Shown in pieces: positions 1 through 10,897 of a stretch of 30,982 nucleotides of DNA. Made by a program: the position numbers and the translations under genes. The notes under the pieces are model-generated. The model was not told the origin of the DNA. It saw nothing but the letters and a program-made list of their open reading frames with translations, and did no database searches. Source of the stretch: Octopus sinensis (lineage: Eukaryota); the NCBI RefSeq assembly GCF_006345805.1, contig NW_021824503.1:1-30982 (forward strand), written 5' to 3'. Position 1 is the stretch's first letter, and every line of letters starts with the position of its first letter.

Positions 1-52
1 CCAAATGGCGGTGCCCAGCATGGCCACAGCTCATGAGCTGAAACTAAAATCA
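1..52 (+). mobile_element. SINE 3' tail fragment (tail type C)
   Basis: ggcggtgcccagcatggccacagc...gctgaaac resembles the tail at 13295-13345 (ggctatgctccagcatggcctcag...gctgaaacaag). Confidence 0.5.
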
Positions 53-96
53 ATCATCATTCATCAATCAAAAACGAAGCACAACACAGACACGCA

Positions 97-160
<64 letters not shown>

Positions 161-162
161 TA

Positions 163-283
163 CGAGGGGTGTATGAAAAGATTTGAGCCTTCAAGACCTT
201 TGAGTGTTGAAGCCTCATACCTTCATCTTACGTCTTCTGCTGTTTTACATTTTTTAGGCTCGAGACTTTTCATACACTCCTCG
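163..283. mobile_element. ~120-bp mariner/Tc1-type MITE
   Basis: 28-bp TIRs CGAGGGGTGTATGAAAAGATTTGAGCCT (163-190) and 256-283, 24/28 identical; TA at 161-162; the right end runs into (TA)n. Confidence 0.75.
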
Positions 284-374
284 ATATATATATAATATAT
301 ATATATATATTATATATATAATATATATATATATATATAGGATGTACGGATGTATGTATGTAAACGTATATATG

Positions 375-431
<57 letters not shown>

Positions 432-806
432 ATATATATATATATATAATATATATGTATATAATATCTATATATCATATACTTATATACACACATAATT
501 ATATATTTATATATGAATACAAGCATTCATGCATGTGTGTGCGTGTGTGTGTGTGCGCGCGTATTTGATGTCGTAAGAATTTTATAAAATTAAAAATATT
601 AAAAAATTATTTTGGAATAATATTTCTCGAAGCGCATCAGCTATAGCTATAAAGAATAGTATGTAAATAAAGGGTGTGAATGCTTGCGTGGGTGTATACG
701 TATGTGTATGTGTGTGTATGTGTGTATACGTGCGTATTATACATACAAGCACGTGCGAGCACACACAGATACAGCCACACGCACACACACAAGCGTACAT
801 ACATAC

Positions 807-840
<34 letters not shown>

Positions 841-1505
841 ACATATAAATATATAAATGCGTGTTTGAATGTGTGTGTATCTGTGCGCGTGTGTAGAAGT
901 ATATGCCTACATATCTCTATGTGTGTGTGTCTGTGAATGTGTCGGCGCTTGTGCCTCCACTTTTACTCAATCCCTCTCTATCTCTGTCTATCTATCTCTC
1001 ATTTTCTTTCCCTCACTCTCTCTCTCTCTCTCACACACACACTGCCTCTATCTCTGTTCCTTTCTTTCACACCTCGGCTATCTCTTTCCTCCTTGGCACA
1101 TCCAATTTCCTTCTCATCCTGGCATCAGCCGTTACAATTCTGTTTCTGTTTAACAAGTTGGTGGTATGAATCCCTCATTAAATATGCCAATGGCGACCTA
1201 CATGTAGGTACGTGTGCGTCTCTGTGTGACAGTGTGCATATGTATACGTAAGTATGTGCGCGTATGCGACCATTACTGTATGCGTGTGTATTCGAGCGGG
1301 TGACTTTTCACCACATAGCCAGTTATATGCTGACAGCGTATACACGCTTTACTGGAACAAATAGTGGTGCATTGTTTGGTTGCTCCATCACCGGGACACT
1401 GAACCTCAAATAACCTGCGCCAACCAGCCCTTGGGATCTTTGACCGCCTCCGTGAAATATAAATATTATATATCTAGTATAATACAGATATATGTATATA
1501 TATAC

Positions 1506-1575
<70 letters not shown>

Positions 1576-1817
1576 GTGTGTGGTGTGGTCTGTGTGTCTG
1601 TGTGTATAATATATAGATATATATAATATACTATATATATATATTATATATATATATTATATATATGTACACATACATATATACATAAATATATAAGCGC
1701 TAATAATAGTGAATACATAGAAAATTTTTTCGCAAAATTCTGGCGACTTTTTTTTATTCAATATTAAAAAACTGTATACCACACCTAACACTCTATACAT
1801 ATATATAGTATATATGC

Positions 1818-1855
<38 letters not shown>

Positions 1856-1877
1856 TATATATAAAATATATATATTG

Positions 1878-1939
<62 letters not shown>

Positions 1940-2019
1940 TATTTTATGCATATGAGTTTTGTTGTGTGCCTGTGTGTATACCTGAATGTATCTATATAAA
2001 AGTATATACAATATATGAC

Positions 2020-2318
2020 CGTTATTAATTAAGTTCGTACTGGGGTCGATGTAATCGACTTAAATCCCCTTTTTCTGTCCTTGTTTGTCCCATCTATACA
2101 TAGCCATCTTGTAGGCAATGAAGAAACAAGAAACGTTAGCAAGACAGATGAAATGCTTAGCGGTGTTTCGTCTGTCTTTAGATTCTGAGTTCAAATTCGA
2201 CCGAGGTCGATTTTGCCTTTCATCATTTCGAGGTCGATAAATTAAGTGCCAGTTACGTACTGAGTTCGATCTAATCGACTGGCACCTTGCCCCAAATTTC
2301 GGGCCTTGAGTAGAAAAG
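2020..2318 (+). mobile_element. 5'-truncated dimeric SINE (core end + tail A fused to head/core/tail B)
   Basis: Same junction as the dimer at 30016-30436; 10-bp TSD AATATATGAC at 2010-2019 and 2319-2328. Confidence 0.8.
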
Positions 2319-2737
2319 AATATATGACACATGTATGAATGTGTTTGTTATAGATGGGCAGGTTGTAATTACATCGTACATACCATATAATATATGTATA
2401 TATATATTATATATATATATATTCATAAGTTTGACAGAAAATGGAAAATAGACTATATCTGGACGAAAATATAATGAACAGAAAGGGGAGTTAAAAAAAA
2501 AACGATACAAGGAACATTCGCAGCTGACTTTCTCATCAGTTGGTGTCAGACGCGTTACACACACACTCACGCGCGCGCGCTCGCACGCACATATAGATAT
2601 ATGTATTTATATTAATACAATATGTATATATCTAGAAATGCATATATATATGAATATATACATATCTATCTATCTATCTATATATACAGATATATTCATA
2701 CACACACATATAATATATTTGTATCTATAATATATTT

Positions 2738-2781
<44 letters not shown>

Positions 2782-2837
2782 GCATGACTTATATATATAT
2801 ATATATATGCATGAATATATAGATATATCTATATGCA

Positions 2838-2873
<36 letters not shown>

Positions 2874-2939
2874 TATACTTGATATATATATATACATACA
2901 TATCACACACACACTTATACATATATACTTATATGTATG

Positions 2940-2974
<35 letters not shown>

Positions 2975-3268
2975 TGCATGCTATATCACACACATATTCA
3001 TACACCTATACGTGTGTGCGTGATAATAATTACAAAAGCATGAAGCGTTACGTTTTGTTGTTTGCCTTTTCTGTATATTTTTCCCATTTACAGTAAGGGG
3101 AAATGAATCCCGAAGAGAATCAAATGTGGGACACATGCATAGTTCAGTTAGGGCACACAGTAACACCACACTTCCTGTCGGGGACATACGTATACAAGCA
3201 CATAGGTCTTATTTATATGTGTGTGTGAGTGTTTGTGTGTGTGTGTATGTGTGTGTGTGTGTATGTAT

Positions 3269-3299
<31 letters not shown>

Positions 3300-3468
3300 A
3301 CACACGCATATATTTATACATATACATATATACAACACATTGCTTGTGCCACGTCCAAACATTTGTTAGTTTTTTTCATTTTTGTGTTTTTTTTAATCGT
3401 ATGTATAATATATATATACATGTATATATACACATACATAGGTATATATACACACACACCACATATAT

Positions 3469-3520
<52 letters not shown>

Positions 3521-3535
3521 ATAATATATATATAC

Positions 3536-3579
<44 letters not shown>

Positions 3580-3584
<5 letters not shown>

Positions 3585-3670
3585 ATATTTAATTTATACA
3601 CATACACATATAAACATGTATATGATATGCTCATATAACCCTTACGCATTGAAATATGCGTGTGTGAATA
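3580..3670. repeat. Left arm of a long-range inverted repeat (partner 6242-6350)
   Basis: 3616-3658 is the exact reverse complement of 6255-6297 (43 bp); similarity extends on both sides. Confidence 0.85.
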
Positions 3671-3792
3671 CGTGTGTGTAAATTATATAAATTAATTATA
3701 TAAATATGTGTGTGTAAATTATATAAATTAATTTATGTATTGGATTAAGTCTTTCTTTGTTTATTTGCATAATAGTGGTTTTGTCTCTAATT

Positions 3793-3830
<38 letters not shown>

Positions 3831-3944
3831 CTAATAAAGCGTATTACTCTACCTTGTTTCACATTTATGAGCTTACTCTGGTGTCTATATATATTATATA
3901 ATAAATAATATATAATATATACACATATATATACGAATACAAAC

Positions 3945-3982
<38 letters not shown>

Positions 3983-4254
3983 GTGTTTATGTGTCTATAA
4001 TTATGTATACACACATACAACATGCACACACATGCATATGGGTATGCATATACATTCATGTATAAACAGACACACAAATACTGCAAAAAGAATTCCAAGG
4101 AGTTTACCGCTAACAATAGAAATAACAGCGAAATTCTTCCCTTTAAAACAGAAGGATACATTAGGGAATGAATTTCTATATACCGTTTAATAAGTGGGAC
4201 GACTATGGCTGGAGAGACTTTCTTTATTACAAGAAAGTGGGGGCAAATTTTTTA

Positions 4255-4452
4255 ATATTGATTTCAAATTTTGTGTCAAATTCAGCAATTTCGGAGGACC
4301 CGGCTGTTCAACTCGTACTTATTTTATCGCCGCCGAAAGGATAAATGCTATAGAATATTTCGTCGGAATTTGAACTCGGCACACATAGGCGGAGTAAATT
4401 CGACTAAGTGCTTTTCCCAGCGTGCTTTACGAACTTGCCTACTCATCGCCTT
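4255..4452 (-). mobile_element. Diverged copy of the main SINE family
   Basis: Minus strand aaggcgatgagtaggc...gagttcaaattccg...atcctttcggcggcgataaaataagtac. Confidence 0.65.
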
Positions 4453-4883
4453 AACAAATAAAATATAAACTATTAACCAGAATTATAACTAAATCTTCGC
4501 ATACGAATCGAACACAGAACTGAAGTTTCACATCAAGGCTTATCGATGTTATGCTAATACATATTCAGTTTCCTGAACGCCCATTTTATAATTCTATTTT
4601 CATGAGTCTCTATTTCATAAGTTCGCACATGCGTATTCAAGTTCCCTGTTATAATATTTTTATTTTCGTTTTGCTTTAGTTTTTCTGGATTATTATGAAT
4701 GAACTGAAGCAATGGTGGTCGTGGTGGAAGTGGCAGCGGCGGTGATGGTGGCAATGGTGGCTACTTTTCTATTCAGGAAGAAATAAGGATCCCAATGTAG
4801 ATTGAATATGAAATGATATCCTATTATGAATATAAACATAACACAAAATCTATATCCGGGGATGCTGATACAGACATACATAT

Positions 4884-5082
4884 ATTCGTTTCTACTCTAG
4901 GCACAAGACACGAAATTTTTGGCGAGTGGGGAGCAGTCGATTACATCGAGCCCAGTATGCAATTGGTACTTAATTTATCGACCCCGAAAAGGATGAAAGG
5001 CAAAGTCGACAACGGAGGAATTTGAACTCAGAACGAAAAGACAAACGAAATACCGCTGAGCATTTCGCCAGCTCGCCACCTT
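4884..5082 (-). mobile_element. Main SINE family monomer with tail B and a small head deletion
   Basis: aaggtggcgagctggcgaaatgctcagcgg...gagttcaaattcc...gcctttcatcc...gtgcctagagtagaaacgaat. Confidence 0.85.
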
Positions 5083-5496
5083 CACACATACATATATCAT
5101 CATGTGAATGTGTATATATGGACACATTTATAAGGTTGTGCATACACTTGCCCACACACACACACACACACACATACATACATACATACATACATACATA
5201 CATACATACATACATACACCCGTCTGATGACCGTTTTTAAGCTGAAAATTTGGCAAACTCAAAGCTTTGCTTGCAAAATAATATGGCACACAACAAAAAG
5301 ATAATCTATGTTTTTTAATACGTACGATGTATGTATATATATATATATATTATATATATATATATATATACGATAAATTTATATATCTTTATGTTCACGC
5401 GATACATACATATATATATATACACACGGTATATACATGTATACACGATATAATATACAAATACACATCTATATGTATCTAAGATATATATATATA

Positions 5497-5549
<53 letters not shown>

Positions 5550-6210
5550 ATTATTCCCAATGATACAACGAACCGCATCGTCCATCTTTTATATTATCGT
5601 CATTCAGCTAAAAAACACTCCCGCTTATGGAGACTTAACAGTGACGTAAGCAAAGGCATTCCACCTCTGACGATCTCATCTGTATTTAGACTGTGCACGA
5701 TACACACAAATCACTAAATTGTTGCAAGTGCTTATGTCCTCCTACAAAAATCCTGCATACGATTTAAACGCGATGCGTCAGCTATTTCTAGCAAATGAAT
5801 CAACTGCATACCGGAGCCGCCTAACTAATTCCGTCACTAGCTAACTAACTAGTACTTTGTTGACCTTATTATTTTTAGCTATTATATACTACTAACTAGA
5901 TAGAAGCATAGTTATGTAGTAAAGTAGCTTATAACGTCATACCAGCAGGCTATGTGAATTCAAGAACTCCGGATATAAATGCTCTCATTATGTTAACTTT
6001 CCAAGTTAGGTGTGGGTTGCCTAATAAACTGGTTTAGTAATTTAAGTATCAATATCACAAATCCATACGCACACAAGTGCATACTATACGAATGTATTTT
6101 CACACATTTGCAAACGTGAATAGTCACATATATTGTTGTATGGCCATGATCTGGGACATCACAACCGAATGTGTGTATGTGTGTGGAAGCTGTGTATTCG
6201 GGCATGTGTG

Positions 6211-6241
<31 letters not shown>

Positions 6242-6245
<4 letters not shown>

Positions 6246-6350
6246 TTACACACACATATTTCAATGCGTAAGGGTTATATGAGCATATCATATACATATC
6301 ATATATATGTTTATGTGTGTGAGTGTATAAATAAATATGTGTATGCATAT
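6242..6350. repeat. Right arm of a long-range inverted repeat (partner 3580-3670)
   Basis: CATATTTCAATGCGTAAGGGTTATATGAGCATATCATATACAT at 6255-6297. Confidence 0.85.
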
Positions 6351-7284
6351 ATATACATATGCATATATGTATATATATATTCATGTATATATATATATAT
6401 ATATATTATTTATATATATACCTTCGTGTATATGTATTTATATATGTATATACATATATATATATATTATATATATATACCTTCGTGTATATGTATTTAT
6501 ATATGTATATACATACATATATATTATAATATATATATATATATATATGTAGATATAAATATATATATACATAGTAAATAATGGAGAGTTTTGTAAATAT
6601 ATATATAAATATACATTTATATATATGTATATAAATATATATTCATATATTTAAATATACACATGATGCTCAAAAGACTGAGACAAGTAAAAGAATAAAA
6701 GAACATATATGTACATGTGTATACATATATACATATATCACATATATATGTATGAATATACATATATACATATGTCACATCTATATATATGTATGTATAT
6801 ACATATACTGTCGTAGCATGACAGTGAAAACAACTTCCAGTGGAGTCAAGATAATCGATTCTCTTCCTGTCACAAAATACCAAATTCAAAACGTCAGGTG
6901 ATGATAAGGAAGACAAGCACACGTCTAAAATTCACCTGATGATTTGGAAATTCTAAGCTTCACTGAAATCGAAGGCTTGGGATTTATATATGTATGTATC
7001 GGCACGGCCGTATTCCAATGACTGAATATGTATGTATGTATGTAGGTTGGTAGGTAGGTAGGTATACGAGTAAGTGGACAAACGAAAAAAAGGGGCACTC
7101 AAAACACGCTTAGTAAGAGTTTGCATATATTGTAAGACCGTATGATCCGGCCCCGTGCGACTAGAAGTTTCGTGAGCTCATTACAGAAACAATGCTCTTT
7201 AGGTGCTGACGGTCGAATAATACATGTATATAATATATGTAATACATATAATATAATATAATATATATATACAGAGAGAGAGAG

Positions 7285-7430
7285 ATTTCTTTATTGCCCA
7301 CAGGGGGCTAAACATAGAGGGGACAGGCAAAGGGTTTAAGTCAATTACATCGACCCCAGTGCGTAACAGGTACTTATTTAATCGACCCCGAAAAGATGAA
7401 AGGTAAGTCCGATTTTGCCAGCTCGCCGCC
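7285..7430 (-). mobile_element. Main SINE family monomer with tail A, internally deleted (B-box region missing)
   Basis: ggcggcgagctggcaaaatc joined directly to gacttacctttcatcttttcggggtcgat...tgtgggcaataaagaaat. Confidence 0.8.
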
Positions 7431-7551
7431 CATCAATATATATATGAAGGACAAGTGTCAAACGCCGGTTGTGCAACATTTTAAATAGATAAATAGATGA
7501 TAGATAGATAGACGCATGCATACCTACATTCATACACACATACATACATAC

Positions 7552-7619
<68 letters not shown>

Positions 7620-7620
<1 letters not shown>

Positions 7621-7814
7621 ATAAAAATGGTAAGACAACAAAAGAATGAAAGATACCTCCATATCATGTAAATAGGGAATGTATCTGTAAATGTAATATG
7701 TGACAATTATTCGGTAGCCATCTCTTCAGAGATGGCGGCGTGGGATTTCGGCATCTGAAACTCGGAGTTTTATCATGGCTACCGAATAATTGTCACGTTA
7801 CATTTACAGGTATA
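7620..7814. repeat. Fold-back element between (TA)n tracts, with a split hammerhead-like motif
   Basis: ~40-bp arms 7682-7721 / 7775-7814 with a 22-bp perfect core GTGACAATTATTCGGTAGCCAT; inner palindrome GCCATCTCT-tc-AGAGATGGC at 7717-7736. Confidence 0.8.
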
Positions 7815-8971
7815 TATATATATAATATATATTTATATTATATTATATAATATATAATATATATATCTATATATATATATATATATATTATAATATATAT
7901 ATAGTATAAGGATATCTATACATATACATATATGCATATACAATATGCACGGATGTTTGTGTATATGTGCATATATAGAGTAATATCCATATATGCATAT
8001 TAGTTGCGCCAGTTTTCTCTACCAACTGTAATGGCTGAGTATATAAGCAGAGTGGTTGCTTGTTTCTCTGGGGTTGGTCAAATTGATTTAGACGCCACTA
8101 TAAAATTCGAAAATCGATTAAGCTTGTTCATAATATTTTCAAACTCTAGAGAAACGCGCTGTTTGTAAAAGTGCTCATTAAAGGTTATGTACGTATATTA
8201 TATACATATATTATAGTATATAGACAAATAGATAAATATGTACACTCAGAGAAACATACATATAGGCGCGCGTTTTTTTATTGCCTAGATTAGCTAATTT
8301 TTTGCAGTGTACCTGTTTAGAGAACTGAGAAGATTCTGTTGTCTACAAAACAATGTAGCTAGACTACAGTTTGATATTAGGGGTCAAATGAATGATGTGA
8401 CATACATATGCCTTTCAAGAAAAATAGCAAGGTAAGGGACCCTACGATCTTCAACCGAACATCAAATTTAGTCACAAATTATCAGAAGGTTATTGCTTTT
8501 CCCAGTGACATCTCTGTGTTATGACTATTGGTTATCTACCCACTTCATTTGTGTCCCAATGTCCCTTTTAAACCAGGACACTTAGATCCAGAAAATATGT
8601 CGGAGTTTATGGAAACGTCTTCAAAATGCCTCCAAGAGGATTATCTCCCTTCCTTTTAACTCTAGCTTATGCAGGGCACTTGATTAGCATGATGTGTAGA
8701 ACACTTTTTAAACATACATTTCGTTTCTATTTTCAGGCATTTCTATTTGGTTAGCGCCCTAGAAAACGAGGTAAACTCCCAGTTAACTAAGTCTGCAGTT
8801 TGGTTTCGATTCTTGGTTGCAGATGTTTTATATTTTCTTTTTATTCAGTCAATAAGACCCTTAATAAAGACATGGACATTACAACATTACATTATTACCC
8901 CCGCTAAAAGTCTTTTATGTCCAACTGGGCCTGAAGGATTTACAGTAAGACAGATCATTACGATGCTTTGC

Positions 8972-9083
8972 GGGTGGGGCGTATAGCAACCGGAAGTCAT
9001 TCCGCAGTTCTCTCCGTGGTTTATTATGACGGTGTCATCTCAAGCTACATATAACCGGAAGCGGATACGAATTAGCCGGAAGC
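8972..9083 (+). promoter_or_regulatory. Cluster of three ETS-type CCGGAAG motifs plus a GC box (promoter-like)
   Basis: ACCGGAAGT 8989-8997, ACCGGAAGC 9054-9062, GCCGGAAGC 9075-9083, GGGTGGGGCG 8972-8981. Function is inferred only. Confidence 0.35.
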
Positions 9084-9169
9084 ATAAGCAATATGAAAAA
9101 TAATACCAGCATAAATATGGAGCAACATAGTGCAACATGTTGGCCTTATTATTCCTGAAACTACCAACT

Positions 9170-9385
9170 CGGTGAGCTGGTAGAGTCTTTAAGCTCGTGG
9201 GATAAAATGTTTAGGGGAATTTCTGCCAGGCCTCTACATTCCGAGTTCAAATTCTGCCCAAGTCAACTTTGCCTTACAACTTTCTGAGTCGAAAACAATA
9301 GGTACCAGTCAGTAATGGGGGTGCTGTAATCGAGTAACCCACCTCTTACGAAAATTGCCAGCCTTGTCCTAAAATTTGGAACCAT
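9170..9385 (+). mobile_element. Diverged main-family SINE
   Basis: ggtgagctggtagagtc...gagttcaaattctgcccaagtcaactttgcc...ggtaccagtc. Confidence 0.7.
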
Positions 9386-9436
9386 TTGAAAGCCACCACA
9401 TACGTAACACCACCACGAACACCATCTACCAAACTG

Positions 9437-9640
9437 TAGTTGGTAGAACCGTTAGAGCGTCGAACAAAATGCTATGAGGTATTTCTTCCAATTCTTTACG
9501 TTCTGGGTTCAAATCCCACCGACATCAATTATGCCTTCCATCCTTCCGAGGTATCATAAAGTAAAGCACCATTCATATACTAGGGTCCCTGTAATCGACT
9601 ATCAACCTCCTCTCCAAATTGCAGTTTTGAAAGATATTCA
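9437..9640 (+). mobile_element. Diverged main-family SINE
   Basis: agttggtagaaccgttagagcgtcgaacaaaatgc...gggttcaaatccc...gccttccatccttccgagg. Confidence 0.7.
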
Positions 9641-10039
9641 ATATCGCTAGCATTCATTTTCAAGTTTTGCAACAAAACATGGCTACCACAAACCCCGTAT
9701 ATACACTGTGTCTAGCTTTAATAGACGTTTTCACCATTGACGCTTTTATTATGATCAATGTTCAATAGTATAGAATTCACAGAAAATCAATGCTAATGAG
9801 ATACAGCGTCCATCCTACGATATAAGAGAAACCATTTACAGGTTTCTCTTATGTAGTGGTAGCAGCAGCAGTAGAGATGGTGTTCGTGGTACTGGAAGTA
9901 GTAGTTTGTGGTAGTAGTTGTTGTTATAGTTGTAGTAGCAATTGCCGCCTCTTATATTAAGTAGTTTCTCTTGTATAATAGTAATATATTATATTACTAT
10001 TTCTAGTAAATTGAGGAGAAAAAGTGTTTAGTCGATAAC

Positions 10040-10230
10040 GTTACTAGCAGTACTCTATATTATCGAGTTCGGGAGGTGGAGTTGATGGAAGGCAGAGCTG
10101 ACTGCGGCAGACTACAAATTTTACTTCAGGCTACGGATGCAAAGAGCCTCAAAAAAAAAAAGAAAGAAGAAGAAATTACCACCAGGTATTTTGTACGACG
10201 CACTAACGTTCCTGCCAAATCACTGATCCG
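10040..10230 (-). mobile_element. Very degenerate main-family SINE
   Basis: Only the head ttggcaggaacgttagtgcgtcgtacaaaatacc and a trace of the core are recognisable. Confidence 0.35.
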
Positions 10231-10273
10231 TATAACTGATCTCATCTAACATAATAATTTTAACACAAAGCGC

Positions 10274-10366
10274 GACGGGCCACGATCGTAGCCGTCGGGC
10301 ACAGATCGACAGGCCTCGATTCTGGCTGTCAGGCACAAATCGACTGGCCACGATCGTGGCACATAT
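10274..10366. repeat. GC-rich 34-nt tandem repeat (2.6 units), each unit self-complementary
   Basis: Units start at 10274, 10308 and 10342; units 1 and 2 are 26/34 identical; perfect palindrome GCCACGATCGTGGC at 10347-10360. Confidence 0.8.
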
Positions 10367-10611
10367 AGATGCATTTAATCTATGGGCGTTTATTGGGGTC
10401 TAATGTCACTCAAACGCTCCGATAGCCCCCAGAATGCAAGAGGACTAATAGTTCAACTAATGACTTTTCAGATGAAGTAAATCTTGCCACTATTATATAC
10501 TAAGAAGATATTTTAACTATTTCTTTTGTTTTTCATACTCGCATGGTAATCTCATTTTCATGAAATGTGCTCAGCAGTTCATGCTATGTAAATGCAAATC
10601 CCAGCGCTTTA

Positions 10612-10800
10612 TGGGTTAAGGACAAAAATTCCAGTGGGTTCCTAAGCTGGCAAAATTGACTCGAGTTCTTGACTCGTACTTTATTTCATCGACTTCAAAA
10701 AGATGAAAGGTAAATTTGACTTCGACCGGATTTGAACTTAAAACGTGAGGATCTGGAACAAATGCTGCAAGAAAACGGCCTTTCTTCTAACACTCTAACG
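10612..10800 (-). mobile_element. Main-family SINE with its head interrupted at 10800
   Basis: Plus strand gtactttatttcatcgacttcaaaaagatgaaagg...gatttgaactta...ctctaacg ends abruptly at the hAT TIR. Confidence 0.65.
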
Positions 10801-10897
10801 CAGTGGTTCTCAACCTGGGTCCATATAAGATTTTATTGGTAAAATTTACGTGCAATAACTTAATTATACTTCTACAATACACAAAAGATTTCAACAT
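10801..10897 (+). mobile_element. hAT (Charlie-like) MITE left end, truncated
   Basis: CAGTGGTTCTCAACCTGGG at 10801-10819 matches the Charlie-type hAT TIR; no right TIR is visible in the window. Confidence 0.55.

Noticed and set aside
2533-2539. Minus-strand CTGATGA followed directly by GAAA
   Set aside because: There is no room for stem II, so a hammerhead cannot form.
5224-5260. CTGATGA...GAAA hammerhead candidate
   Set aside because: Stem II (CCG/GCT) and stem I do not pair; at best an unrecognisable relic.
6894-6985. CTGATGA at 6936 with nearby inverted repeats
   Set aside because: GAAA is not adjacent to a closing stem II, and there is no NUH/stem I match.
10274-10366. CRISPR array
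   Set aside because: The units are contiguous with no spacers, there are no cas genes, and the context is eukaryotic.
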